A DNA stretch of 64,000 nucleotides, from assembly GCF_009914755.1 (NCBI RefSeq), contig NC_060933.1; one strand, written 5' to 3'. Positions 1 through 12,912 of this stretch are shown piece after piece (position 1 is the stretch's first letter; each line of letters opens with the position of its first letter). A program made the translations under genes and the position numbers. The stretch comes from the human T2T-CHM13v2.0 reference genome, Homo sapiens. The notes under the pieces are model-generated. The model saw only the letters and a program-made list of their open reading frames with translations, searched no databases and had not been told where the DNA came from.

Positions 1-453
1 TCTCTGTGATGTTTGCATTCAACTCATAGAGTTGAACACTTCCCTTCATACAGCAGGTTTGAAACACTCTTTTTCTAGTATTTGGAAGTGGACATTTGCA
101 GCGCTTTGAGGCCTATGTTGAAAAAGGAAATATCTTCTCCTAAAAACCAGACAGAAGCATTCTCAGAAACTTCCTTGTGATGGGTGTACTCAAGTAACAG
201 AGTTGAACCTTCCTTTTGACAGAGCAGTTTTGAAGCACTCTTTTTGTAGAATCTGCAAGTGGATATTTTGATACCTTTGAGGATTTCGTTGGACACGGTA
301 TATCTTCATATTAAATCTAGACAGAAGAATTCTCAGAAACTTCTTTGTGCTGTATGTCCTCAATTAACAGAGTTGAACCTTTGTGTGGATACAGCATTTT
401 GGAAACATTCCTTTAGTAGAATCTGCAAGTTGATATTTAGATAGCTAGGAAGA

Positions 454-470
454 TTTCCTTGGAAACGGGA
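454..470 (+). promoter_or_regulatory. Degenerate CENP-B box of monomer m2 (TTTCCTTGGAAACGGGA), fixed in every HOR unit
   Basis: TTCG>TTCC breaks the NTTCGNNNNANNCGGGN core. Confidence 0.9.
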
Positions 471-624
471 ATATCTTCAAATAAAATCTAGGCGGAAGCA
501 TTCTCAGAAAGTGCTTTGTGATGTTTGCATTCAAGTCACAGAGTTGAATATTCCCTTTTATAGAGCAGGTTTGAAACACTCTTTCTGCACTACCTGGAAG
601 TGGACATTTGGAGCGCTTTGAGGC

Positions 625-641
625 CTATGTTGAAAAAGGAA
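625..641 (+). promoter_or_regulatory. pJalpha/A-box motif (representative; occupies the box position in A-type monomers)
   Basis: CTATGTTGAAAAAGGAA at the position homologous to the CENP-B box. Confidence 0.75.
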
Positions 642-795
642 ATATCTTCCCCTAAAAACTAGACAGAAGCATTCTCAGAAACTTGTTTGTGATGTGTGTA
701 TTCAACTAACAGAGATGAACCTTTCTTTTTACAGAGCAGTTTTGAAACACTCTTTTTGTGGAATCTGAAAGTGGATATTTGGATAGCTTTGAGGA

Positions 796-812
796 TTTCG
801 TTGGAAACGGGA
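796..812 (+). promoter_or_regulatory. CENP-B box (representative, 4-mer monomer m4)
   Basis: TTTCGTTGGAAACGGGA matches the 17-bp CENP-B box with all 9 core bases. Confidence 0.97.
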
Positions 813-1133
813 TTACATATAAAACCTAGAGAGAAGCATTCTCAGGAACTTCTTTGTGATGTTTGCATTCAAGTCACAGGACTGAACATTCCCTTTCATA
901 GAGCAGGTTTGAAACACTCTTTCTGTAGTATCTGCAAGCTGACGTTTCAAGCGCTTTCAGGCCTATGGTGAGAAAGGAAATATCTTCAAGTAAAAACTAG
1001 ACAGAAGCATTCTCAGAAACTTATTTGCCATGTGTGTTCTCAACTAACAGAGTTGAACCTTTGTTTTGATACGGCATTTTGGAAACACTCTTTTTGTAGA
1101 ATCTGCAGGTGGATATTCGGATAGCTTTGAAGG

Positions 1134-1150
1134 TTTCGTTGGAAACGGGA
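1134..1150 (+). promoter_or_regulatory. CENP-B box (representative, 4-mer monomer m6)
   Basis: TTTCGTTGGAAACGGGA, 338 bp after the previous box. Confidence 0.97.
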
Positions 1151-2703
1151 ATATCTTCATATAAAATCTAGACGGAAGCATTCTCAGAAACTGCTTTGTG
1201 ATGTTTTCATTCAAGTCACAGAGTAGAATGTTCCCTGTTATATACCAGGTTTGAGACACTCTTTCTGCACTACCTGGAAGTGGACGTTTGGAGCGCTTTG
1301 AGGCCTATGTTGAAAAAGGAAATATCTTCCCATAAAAACTAGACAGAAGCATTCTCAGAAACTTGTTTGTGATGTGTGTATTCAACTAACAGAGATGAAC
1401 CTTTCTTTTTACAGAGCAGTTTTGAAACACTCTTTTTGTGGAATCTGAAAGTGGATATTTGGATAGCTTGGAGGATTTCGTTGGAAACGGGATTACATAT
1501 AAAACCTAGAGAGAAGCATTCTCAGGAACTGCTTTGTGATGTTTGCATTGAAGTCACAGAACTGAACATTCCCTTTCATAGAGCAGGTTTGAAACACTCT
1601 TTCTGTAGTATCTGCAAGCTGACGTTTCAAGCGCTTTCAGGCCTATGGTGAGAAAGGAAATATCTTCAAGTAAAAACTAGACAGAAGCATTCTCAGAAAC
1701 TTATTTGCGATGTGTGTTCTCAACTAACAGAGTTGAACCTTTGTTTTGATATGGCATTTTGGAAACACTCTTTTTGTAGAATCTGCAGGTGGATATTCGG
1801 ATAGCTTTGAAGGTTTCGTTGGAAACGGGAATATCTTCATATAAAATCTAGACGGAAGCATTCTGAGAAACTGCTTTGTGATGTTTTCATTCAAGTCACA
1901 GAGTAGAATGTTCCCTGTTATATACCAGGTTTGAGACACTCTTTCTGCACTACCTGGAAGTGGACATTTGCAGCGCTTTGAGGCCTATGATGAAAAAGGA
2001 AATATCTTCCCATAAAAACTAGACAGAAGCATTCTCAGAAACTTGTTTGTGATGTGTGTATTCAACTAACAGAGATGAACCTTTCTTTTTACAGAGCAGT
2101 TTTGAAACACTCTTTTTGTGGAATCTGAAAGTGGATATTTGGATAGCTTTGAGGATTTCGTTGGAAACGGGATTACATATAAAATCTAGAGAGAAGCATT
2201 CTCAGGAACTTCTTTGTGATGTTTGCATTCACGTCACAGAACTGAACATTCCCTTTCATAGAGCATGTTTGAAACACTCTTTTTGTAGTATCTGCAAACG
2301 GACATTTCAAACGCTTTCAGGCCTATGGTGAGAAAGGAAATATCTTCAAATAAAAACTAGACAGAAGCATTCTCAGAAACTTATTTGCGATGTGTGTCCT
2401 CAACTAACAGAGTTGAACCTTTCTTTTGATACAACATTTTGGAAACACTCTTTTTGTAGAATCTGCAAGTGGATATTTGAATAGCTTTGAAGGTTTCGTT
2501 GGAAACGGGAATATCTTCATATAAAATCAAGACAGAAGCATTCTCAGAAACTTCTCTGTGATGTTTGCATTCAACTCATAGAGTTGAACACTTCCCTTCA
2601 TACAGCAGGTTTGAAACACTCTTTTTCTAATATTTGGAAGTGGACATTTGCAGCGCTTTGAGGCCTATGTTGAAAAAGGAAATATCTTCTCCTAAAAACC
2701 AGA

Positions 2704-4575
2704 CAGAAGCATTCTCAGAAACTTCCTTGTGATGTGTGTACTCAAGTAACAGAGTTGAACCTTCCTTTTGACAGAGCAGTTTTGAAGCACTCTTTTTGTA
2801 GAATCTGCAAGTGGATATTTTGATACCTTTGAGGATTTCGTTGGACACGGGATATCTTCATATAAAATCTAGACAGAAGCATTCTCAGAAACTTCTTTGT
2901 GCTGTATGTCCTCAATTAACAGAGTTGAACCTTTGTGTGGATACAGCATTTTGGAAACATTCCTTTAGTAGAATCTGCAAGTTGATATTTAGATAGCTAG
3001 GAAGATTTCCTTGGAAACGGGAATATCTTCATATAAAATCTAGACGGAAGCATTCTCGGAAAGTGCTTTGTGATGTTTGCATTGAAGTCACAGAGTTGAA
3101 TATTCCCTTTTATAGAGCAGGTTTGAAACACTCTTTCTGCACTACCTGGAAGTGGACATTTGGAGCGCTTTGAGGCCTATGTTGAAAAAGGAAATATCTT
3201 CCCATAAAAACTAGACAGAAGCATTCTCAGAAACTTGTTTGTGATGTGTGTATTCAACTAACAGAGATGAACCTTTCTTTTTACAGAGCAGTTTTGAAAC
3301 ACTCTTTTTGTGGAATCTGAAAGTGGATATTTGGATAGCTTGGAGGATTTCGTTGGAAACGGGATTACATATAAAACCTAGAGAGAAGCATTCTCAGGAG
3401 CTGCTTTGTGATGTTTGCATTCAAGTCACAGAACTGAACATTCCCTTTCATAGAGCAGGTTTGAAACACTCTTTCTGTAGTATCTGCAAGCTGACGTTTC
3501 AAGCGCTTTCAGGCCTATGGTGAGAAAGGAAATATCTTCAAGTAAAAACTAGACAGAAGCATTCTCAGAAACTTATTTGCGATGTGTGTTCTCAACTAAC
3601 AGAGTTGAACCTTTGTTTTGATATGGCATTTTGGAAACACTCTTTTTGTAGAATCTGCAGGTGGATATTCGGATAGCTTTGAAGGTTTCGTTGGAAACGG
3701 GAATATCTTCATATAAAATCTAGACGGAAGCGTTCTGAGAAACTGCTTTGTGATGTTTTCATTCAAGTCACAGAGTAGAATGTTCCCTGTTATATACCAG
3801 GTTTGAGACACTCTTTCTGCACTACCTGGAAGTGGACATTTGCAGCGCTTTGAGGCCTATGATGAAAAAGGAAATATCTTCCCATAAAAACTAGACAGAA
3901 GCATTCTCAGAAACTTGTTTGTGATGTGTGTATTCAACTAACAGAGATGAACCTTTCTTTTTACAGAGTAGTTTTGAAACACTCTTTTTGTGGAATCTGA
4001 AAGTGGATATTTGGATAGCTTTGAGGATTTCGTTGGAAACGGGATTACATATAAAATCTAGAGAGAAGCATTCTCAGGAACTTCTTTGTGATGTTTGCAT
4101 TCACGTCACAGAACTGAACATTCCCTTTCATAGAGCATGTTTGAAACACTCTTTCTGTAGTATCTGCAAACGGACATTTCAAACGCTTTCAGGCCTATGG
4201 TGAGAAAGGAAATATCTTCAAATAAAAACTAGACAGAAGCATTCTCAGAAACTTATTTGCGATGTGTGTCCTCAACTAACAGAGTTGAACCTTTCTTTTG
4301 ATACAACATTTTGGAAACACTCTTTTTGTAGAATCTGCAAGTGGATATTTGAATAGCTTTGAAGGTTTCGTTGGAAACGGGAATATCTTCATATAAAATC
4401 AAGACAGAAGCATTCTCAGAAACTTCTCTGTGATGTTTGCATTCAACTCATAGAGTTGAACACTTCCCTTCATACAGCAGGTTTGAAACACTCTTTTTCT
4501 AGTATTTGGAAGTGGACATTTGCAGCGCTTTGAGGCCTATGTTGAAAAAGGAAATATCTTCTCCTAAAAACCAGA
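2704..4575 (+). repeat. HOR unit, 11-mer (A', B), 1872 bp
   Basis: Marker spacing 2811 to 4683. Confidence 0.93.
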
Positions 4576-7500
4576 CAGAAGCATTCTCAGAAACTTCCTT
4601 GTGATGGGTGTACTCAAGTAACAGAGTTGAACCTTCCTTTTGACAGAGCAGTTTTGAAGCACTCTTTTTGTAGAATCTGCAAGTGGATATTTTGATACCT
4701 TTGAGGATTTCGTTGGACACGGGATATCTTCATATAAAATCTAGACAGAAGCATTCTCAGAAACTTCTTTGTGCTGTATGTCCTCAATTAACAGAGTTGA
4801 ACCTTTGTGTGGATACAGCATTTTGGAAACATTCCTTTAGTAGAATCTGCAAGTTGATATTTAGATAGCTAGGAAGATTTCCTTGGAAACGGGAATATCT
4901 TCATATAAAATCTAGGCGGAAGCATTCTCAGAAAGTGCTTTGTGATGTTTGCATTCAAGTCACAGAGTTGAATATTCCCTTTTATAGAGCAGGTTTGAAA
5001 CACTCTTTCTGCACTACCTGGAAGTGGACATTTGGAGCGCTTTGAGGCCTATGTTGAAAAAGGAAATATCTTCCCCTAAAAACTAGACAGAAGCATTCTC
5101 AGAAACTTGTTTGTGATGTGTGTATTCAACTAACAGAGATGAACCTTTCTTTTTACAGAGCAGTTTTGAAACACTCTTTTTGTGGAATCTGAAAGTGGAT
5201 ATTTGGATAGCTTTGAGGATTTCGTTGGAAACGGGATTACATATAAAACCTAGAGAGAAGCATTCTCAGGAACATCTTTGTGATGTTTGCATTCAAGTCA
5301 CAGGACTGAACATTCCCTTTCATAGAGCAGGTTTGAAACACTCTTTCTGTAGTATCTGCAAGCTGACGTTTCAAGCGCTTTCAGGCCTATGGTGAGAAAG
5401 GAAATATCTTCAAGTAAAAACTAGACAGAAGCATTCTCAGAAACTTATTTGCCATGTGTGTTCTCAACTAACAGAGTTGAACCTTTGTTTTGATACGGCA
5501 TTTTGGAAACACTCTTTTTGTAGAATCTGCAGGTGGATATTCAGATAGCTTTGAAGGTTTCGTTGGAAACGGGAATATCTTCATATAAAATCTAGACGGA
5601 AGCATTCTCAGAAACTGCTTTGTGATGTTTTCATTCAAGTCACAGAGTAGAATGTTCCCTGTTATATACCAGGTTTGAGACACTCTTTCTGCACTACCTG
5701 GAAGTGGACGTTTGGAGCGCTTTGAGGCCTATGTTGAAAAAGGAAATATCTTCCCATAAAAACTAGACAGAAGCATTCTCAGAAACTTGTTTGTGATGTG
5801 TGTATTCAACTAACAGAGATGAACCTTTCTTTTTACAGAGCAGTTTTGAAACACTCTTTTTGTGGAATCTGAAAGTGGATATTTGGATAGCTTGGAGGAT
5901 TTCGTTGGAAACGGGATTACATATAAAACCTAGAGAGAAGCATTCTCAGGAACTTCTTTGTGATGTTTGCATTCAAGTCACAGAACTGAACATTCCCTTT
6001 CATAGAGCAGGTTTGAAACACTCTTTCTGTAGTATCTGTAAGCTGACGTTTCAAGCGCTTTCAGGCCTATGGTGAGAAAGGAAATATCTTCAAGTAAAAA
6101 CTAGACAGAAGCATTCTCAGAAACTTATTTGCCATGTGTGTTCTCAACTAACAGAGTTGAACCTTTGTTTTGATATGGCATTTTGGAAACACTCTTTTTG
6201 TAGAATCTGCAGGTGGATATTCGGATAGCTTTGAAGGTTTCGTTGGAAACGGGAATATCTTCATATAAAATCTAGACGGAAGCATTCTGAGAAACTGCTT
6301 TGTGATGTTTTCATTCAAGTCACAGAGTAGAATGTTCCCTGTTATATACCAGGTTTGAGACACTCTTTCTGCACTACCTGGAAGTGGACATTTGCAGCGC
6401 TTTGAGGCCTATGATGAAAAAGGAAATATCTTCCCATAAAAACTAGACAGAAGCATTCTCAGAAACTTGTTTGTGATGTGTGTATTCAACTAACAGAGAT
6501 GAACCTTTCTTTTAACAGAGCAGTTTTGAAACACTCTTTTTGTGGAATCTGAAAGTGGATATTTGGATAGCTTTGAGGATTTCGTTGGAAACGGGATTAC
6601 ATATAAAATCTAGAGAGAAGCATTCTCAGGAACTTCTTTGTGATGTTTGCATTCACGTCACAGAACTGAACATTCCCTTTCATAGAGCATGTTTGAAACA
6701 CTCTTTCTGTAGTATCTGCAAACGGACATTTCAAACGCTTTCAGGCCTATGGTGAGAAAGGAAATATCTTCAAATAAAAACTAGACAGAAGCATTCTCAG
6801 AAACTTATTTGCGATGTGTGTCCTCAACTAACAGAGTTGAACCTTTCTTTTGATACAACATTTTGGAAACACTCTTTTTGTAGAATCTGCAAGTGGATAT
6901 TTGAATAGCTTTGAAGGTTTCGTTGGAAACGGGAATATCTTCATATAAAATCAAGACAGAAGCATTCTCAGAAACTTCTCTGTGATGTTTGCATTCAACT
7001 CATAGAGTTGAACACTTCCCTTCATACAGCAGGTTTGAAACACTCTTTTTGTAATATTTGGAAGTGGACATTTCCAGCGCTTTGAGGCCTATGATGAAAA
7101 AGGTAATATCTTCCCATAAAAACTAGACAGAAGCATTCTCAGAAACTTGTTTGAGATGTGTGTATTCAACTAACAGAGATGAACCTTTCTTTTTACAGAG
7201 CAGTTTTGAAACACTCTTTTTGTGGAATCTGAAAGTGGATATTTGGATAGCTTTGCGGATTTCGTTGGAAACGGGATTACATATAAAATCTAGGGAGAAG
7301 CATTCTCAGGAACTTCTTTGTGATGTTTGCATTCAAGTCACAGAACTGAACATTCCCTTTCATAGATCAGGTTTGAAACACTCTTTCTGTAGTATCTGCA
7401 AGCGGACGTTTTAAGCGCTTTCAGGCCTGTGGTGAGAAAGGAAATATCTTCAAATAAAAACTAGACAGAAGCATTCTCAGAAACTTATTTGCGATGTGAG

Positions 7501-8487
7501 TCCTCAACTAACGGAGTTGAACCTTTCTTTTGATACAACATTTTGGAAACACTCTTTTTGTAGAATCTGCAAGTGGATATTTGGATAGCTTTGAAGGTTT
7601 CGTTGGAAACGGGAATATCTTCATATAAAATCAAGACAGAAGCATTCTCAGAAACTTCTCTGTGATGTTTGCATTCAACTCATAGAGTTGAACACTTCCC
7701 TTCATACAGCAGGTTTGAAACACTCTTTTTGTAATATTTGGAAGTGGACATTTGCAGCGCTTTGAGGCCTATGATGAAAAAGGTAATATCTTCCCATAAA
7801 AACTAGACAGAAGCATTCTCAGAAACTTGTTTGTGATGTGTGTATTCAACTAACAGAGATGAACCTTTCTTTTTACAGAGCAGTTTTGAAACACTCTTTT
7901 TGTGGAATCTGAAAGTGGATATTTGGATAGCTTTGCGGATTTCTTTGGAAACGGGATTACATATAAAATCTAGAGAGAAGCATTCTCAAGATCTTCTTCG
8001 TGATGTTTGCATTCAAGTCACAGAACTGAACATTCCCTTTCATAGAGCAGGTTTGAAACACTCTTTCTGTAGTATCTGCAAGCGGACGTTTTAAGCGCTT
8101 TCAGCCCTGTGGTGAGAAAGGAAATATCTTCAAATAAAAACTAGACAGAAGCATTCTCAGAAACTTATTTGCGATGTGTGTCCTCAACTAACAGAGTTGA
8201 ACCTTTCTTTTGATACAACATTTTGGAAACACTCTTTTTGTAGAATCTGCAAGTGGATATTTGGATAACTTTGAAGGTTTCGTTGGAAACGGGAATATCT
8301 TCATATGAAATCAAGACAGAAGCATTCTCAGAAACTTCTCTGTGATGTTTGCATTCAACTCATAGAGTTGAACACTTCCCTTCATACAGCAGGTTTGAAA
8401 CACTCTTTTTCTAATATTTGGAAGTGGACATTTGCAGCGCTTTGAGGCCTATGTTGAAAAAGGAAATATCTTCTCCTAAAAACCAGA
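4576..8487 (+). repeat. HOR unit, 23-mer (A, A', B, C, C'), 3912 bp
   Basis: Marker spacing 4683 to 8595; five 680-bp subunits. Confidence 0.92.
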
Positions 8488-11040
8488 CAGAAGCATTCTC
8501 AGAAACTTCCTTGTGATGTGTGTACTCAAGTAACAGAGTTGAACCTTCCTTTTGACAGAGCAGTTTTGAAGCACTCTTTTTGTAGAATCTGCAAGTGGAT
8601 ATTTTGATACCTTTGAGGATTTCGTTGGACACGGGATATCTTCATATAAAATCTAGACAGAAGCATTCTCAGAAACTTCTTTGTGCTGTATGTCCTCAAT
8701 TAACAGAGTTGAACCTTTGTGTGGATACAGCATTTTGGAAACATTCCTTTAGTAGAATCTGCAAGTTGATATTTAGATAGCTAGGAAGATTTCCTTGGAA
8801 ACGGGGAATATCTTCATATAAAATCTAGACGGAAGCATTCTCAGAAAGTGCTTTGTGATGTTTGCATTCAAGTCACAGAGTTGAATATTCACTTTTATAG
8901 AGTAGGTTTGAAACACTCTTTCTGCACTACCTGGAAGTGGACATTTGGAGCGCTTTGAGGCCTATGTTGAAAAAGGAAATATCTTCCCATAAAAACTAGA
9001 CAGAAGCATTCTCAGAAACTTGTTTGTGATGTGTGTATTCAACTAACAGAGATGAACCTTTCTTTTTACAGAGCAGTTTTGAAACACTCTTTTTGTGGAA
9101 TCTGAAAGTGGATATTTGGATAGCTTTGAGGATTTCGTTGGAAACGGGATTACATATAAAACCTAGAGAGAAGCATTCTCAGGAACTTCTTTGTGATGTT
9201 TGCCTTCAAGTCACAGGACTGAACATTCCCTTTCATAGAGCAGGTTTGAAACACTCTTTCTGTAGTATCTGCAAGCTGACGTTTCATGCGCTTTCAGGCC
9301 TATGGTGAGAAAGGAAATATCTTCAAGTAAAAACTAGACAGAAGCATTGTCAGAAACTTATTTGCCATGTGTGTTCTCAACTAACAGAGTTGAACCTTTG
9401 TTTTGATACGGCATTTTGGAAACACTCTTTTTGTAGAATCTGCAGGTGGATATTCGGATAGCTTTGAAGGTTTCGTTGGAAACGGGAATATCTTCATATA
9501 AAATCTAGACGGAAGCATTCTCAGAAACTGCTTTGTGATGTTTTCATTCAAGTCACAGAGTAGAATGTTCCCTGTTATATACCAGGTTTGAGACACTCTT
9601 TCTGCACTACCTGGAAGTGGACCTTTTGAGCGCTTTGAGGCCTATGATGAAAAAGGAAATATCTTCCCATAAAAACTAGACAGAAGCATTCTCAGAAACT
9701 TGTTTGTGATGTGTGTATTCAACTAACAGAGATGAACCTTTCTTTTTACAGAGCAGTTTTGAAACACTCTTTTTGTGGAATCTGAAAGTGGATATTTGGA
9801 TAGCTTTGAGGATTTCGTTGGAAACGGGATTACATATAAAATCTAGAGAGAAGCATTCTCAGGAACTTCTTTGTGATGTTTGCATTCACGTCACAGAACT
9901 GAACATTCCCTTTCATAGAGCATGTTTGAAACACTCTTTCTGTAGTATCTGCAAACGGACATTTCAAACGCTTTCAGGCCTATGGTGAGAAAGGAAATAT
10001 CTTCAAATAAAAACTAGACAGAAGCATTCTCAGAAACTTATTTGCGATGTGTGTCATCAACTAACAGAGTTGAACCTTTCTTTTGATACAACATTTTGGA
10101 AACACTCTTTTTGTAGAATCTGCAAGTGGATATTTGAATAGCTTTGAAGGTTTCGTTGGAAACGGGAATATCTTCATATAAAATCAAGACAAAAGCATTC
10201 TCAGAAACTTCTCGGTGATGTTTGCATTCAACTCATAGAGTTGAACACTTCCCTTCATACAGCAGGTTTGAAACACTCTTTTTGTAATATTTGGAAGTGG
10301 ACATTTGCAGCGCTTTGAGGCCTATGATGAAAAAGGTAATATCTTCCCATAAAAACTAGACAGAAGCATTCTCAGAAACTTGTTTGAGATGTGTGTATTC
10401 AACTAACAGAGATGAACCTTTCTTTTTACAGAGCAGTTTTGAAACACTCTTTTTGTGGAATCTGAAAGTGGATATTTGGATAGCTTTGCGGATTTCGTTG
10501 GAAACGGGATTACATATAAAATCTAGGGAGAAGCATTCTCAGGAACTTCTTTGTGATGTTTGCATTCAAGTCACAGAACTGAACATTCCCTTTCATAGAG
10601 CAGGTTTGAAACACTCTTTCTGTAGTATCTGCAAGCGGACGTTTTAAGCGCTTTCAGGCCTGTGGTGAGAAAGGAAATATCTTCAAATAAAAACTAGACA
10701 GAAGCATTCTCAGAAACTTATTTGCGATGTGTGTCCTCAACTAACAGAGTTGAACCTTTCTTTTGATACAACATTTTGGAAACACTCTTTTTGTAGAATC
10801 TGCAAGTGGATATTTGGATAGCTTTGAAGGTTTCGTTGGAAACGGGAATATCTTCATATGAAATCAAGACAGAAGCATTCTCAGAAACTTCTCTGCGATG
10901 TTTGCATTCAACTCATAGAGTTGAACACTTCCCTTCATACAGCAGGTTTGAAACACTCTTTTTCTAATATTTGGAAGTGGACATTTGCAGCGCTTTGAGG
11001 CCTATGTTGAAAAAGGAAATATCTTCTCCTAAAAACCAGA
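8488..11040 (+). repeat. HOR unit, 15-mer (A, B, C), 2553 bp including a 1-bp G insertion
   Basis: Marker spacing 8595 to 11148; ACGGGGAAT at 8801-8809. Confidence 0.92.
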
Positions 11041-12912
11041 CAGAAGCATTCTCAGAAACTTCCTTGTGATGTGTGTACTCAAGTAACAGAGTTGAATCTT
11101 CCTTTTGACAGAGCAGTTTTGAAGCACTCTTTTTGTAGAATCTGCAAGTGGATATTTTGATACCTTTGAGGATTTCGTTGGACACGGGATATCTTCATAT
11201 AAAATCTAGACAGAAGCATTCTCAGAAACTTCTTTGTGCTGTATGTCCTCAATTAACAGAGTTGAACCTTTGTGTGGATACAGCATTTTGGAAACATTCC
11301 TTTAGTAGAATCTGCAAGTTGATATTTAGATAGCTAGGAAGATTTCCTTGGAAACGGGAATATCTTCATATAAAATCTAGACGGAAGCATTCTCAGAAAG
11401 TGCTTTGTGATGTTTGCATTCAACTCACAGAGTTGAATATTCCCTTTTATAGAGCAGGTTTGAAACACTCTTTCTGCACTACCTGGAAGTGGACATTTGG
11501 AGCGCTTTGAGGCCTATGTTGAAAAAGGAAATATCTTCCCCTAAAAACTAGACAGAAGCATTCTCAGAAACTTGTTTGTGATGTGTGTATTCAACTAACA
11601 GAGATGAACCTTTCTTTTTACAGAGCAGTTTTGAAACACTCTTTTTGTGGAATCTGAAAGTGGATATTTGGATAGCTTTGAGGATTTCGTTGGAAACGGG
11701 ATTACATATAAAACCTAGAGAGAAGCATTCTCAGGAACTTCTTTGTGATGTTTGCCTTCAAGTCACAGGACTGAACATTCCCTTTCATAGAGCAGGTTTG
11801 AAACACTCTTTCTGTAGTATCTGCAAGCTGACGTTTCATGCGCTTTCAGGCCTATGGTGAGAAAGGAAATATCTTCAAGTAAAAACTAGACAGAAGCATT
11901 GTCAGAAACTTATTTGCCATGTGTGTTCTCAACTAACAGAGTTGAACCTTTGTTTTGATACGGCATTTTGGAAACACTCTTTTTGTAGAATCTGCAGGTG
12001 GATATTCGGATAGCTTTGAAGGTTTCGTTGGAAACGGGAATATCTTCATATAAAATCTAGACGGAAGCATTCTCAGAAACTGCTTTGTGATGTTTTCATT
12101 CAAGTCACAGTGTAGAATGTTCCCTGTTATATACCAGGTTTGAGACACTCTTTCTGCACTACCTGGAAGTGGACGTTTGGAGCGCTTTGAGGCCTATGTT
12201 GAAAAAGGAAATATCTTCCCATAAAAACTAGACAGAAGCATTCTCAGAAACTTGTTTCTGATGTGTGTATTCAACTAACAGAGATGAACCTTTCTTTTTA
12301 CAGAGTAGTTTTGAAACACTCTTTTTGTGGAATCTGAAAGTGGATATTTGGATAGCTTTGCGGATTTCGTTGGAAACGGGATTACATATAAAATCTAGGG
12401 AGAAGCATTCTCAGGAACTTCTTTGTGATGTTTGCATTCAAGTCACAGAACTGAACATTCCCTTTCATAGAGCAGGTTTGAAACACTCTTTCTGTAGTAT
12501 CTGCAAGTGGACGTTTCAAGCGCTTTCAGGCCTGTGGTGAAAAAGGAAATATCTTCAAATAAAAACTAGACAGAAGCATTCTCAGAAACTTATTTGCGAT
12601 GTGTGTTCTCAGCTAAGAGAGTTGAACCTTTGTTTTGATACAGCATTTTGGAAACACTCTTTTTGTAGGATCTGCAGGTGGATATTTGGATAGCTTTGAA
12701 GGTTTCTTTGGAAACGGGAATATCTTCATATAATATCAAGACAGAAGCATTCTCAGAAACTTCTCTGTTCTGTTTGCATTCAACTCATAGAGTTGAACAC
12801 TTCCTTTCATACAGCAGGTTTGAAACACTCTTTTTCTAATATTTGGAAGTGGACATTTGCAGCGCTTTGAGGCCTATGTTGAAAAAGGAAATATCTTCTC
12901 CTAAAAACCAGA
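11041..12912 (+). repeat. HOR unit, 11-mer (A, D), 1872 bp
   Basis: Marker spacing 11148 to 13020. Confidence 0.93.

Larger units (their letters stand above)
152..2703 (+). repeat. HOR unit, 15-mer (m1-m3 + A, A', B), 2552 bp
   Basis: Spacing of the unique m1 monomer (CAGAAACTTCCTTG...GGACACGG); marker ORF 259 to 2811. Confidence 0.93.

Noticed and set aside
838-1870. TATA-like (CATATAAAA) and short dyad motifs (TTCTCAGAA, AGCGCT, AGGCCT) as promoters or hairpins
   Set aside because: These are constitutive parts of ordinary alpha-satellite monomers; the sequence alone gives no support for a specific regulatory role here.
2704-4575. Assignment to D13Z1/D21Z1 or D8Z2 (11-mer) or D15Z3 (15-mer) on unit length alone
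   Set aside because: Length alone is not diagnostic. The highly similar internal 680-bp 4-mers with four subtypes fit the chr4/chr9 group better, though only an HMM or BLAST search can settle this.
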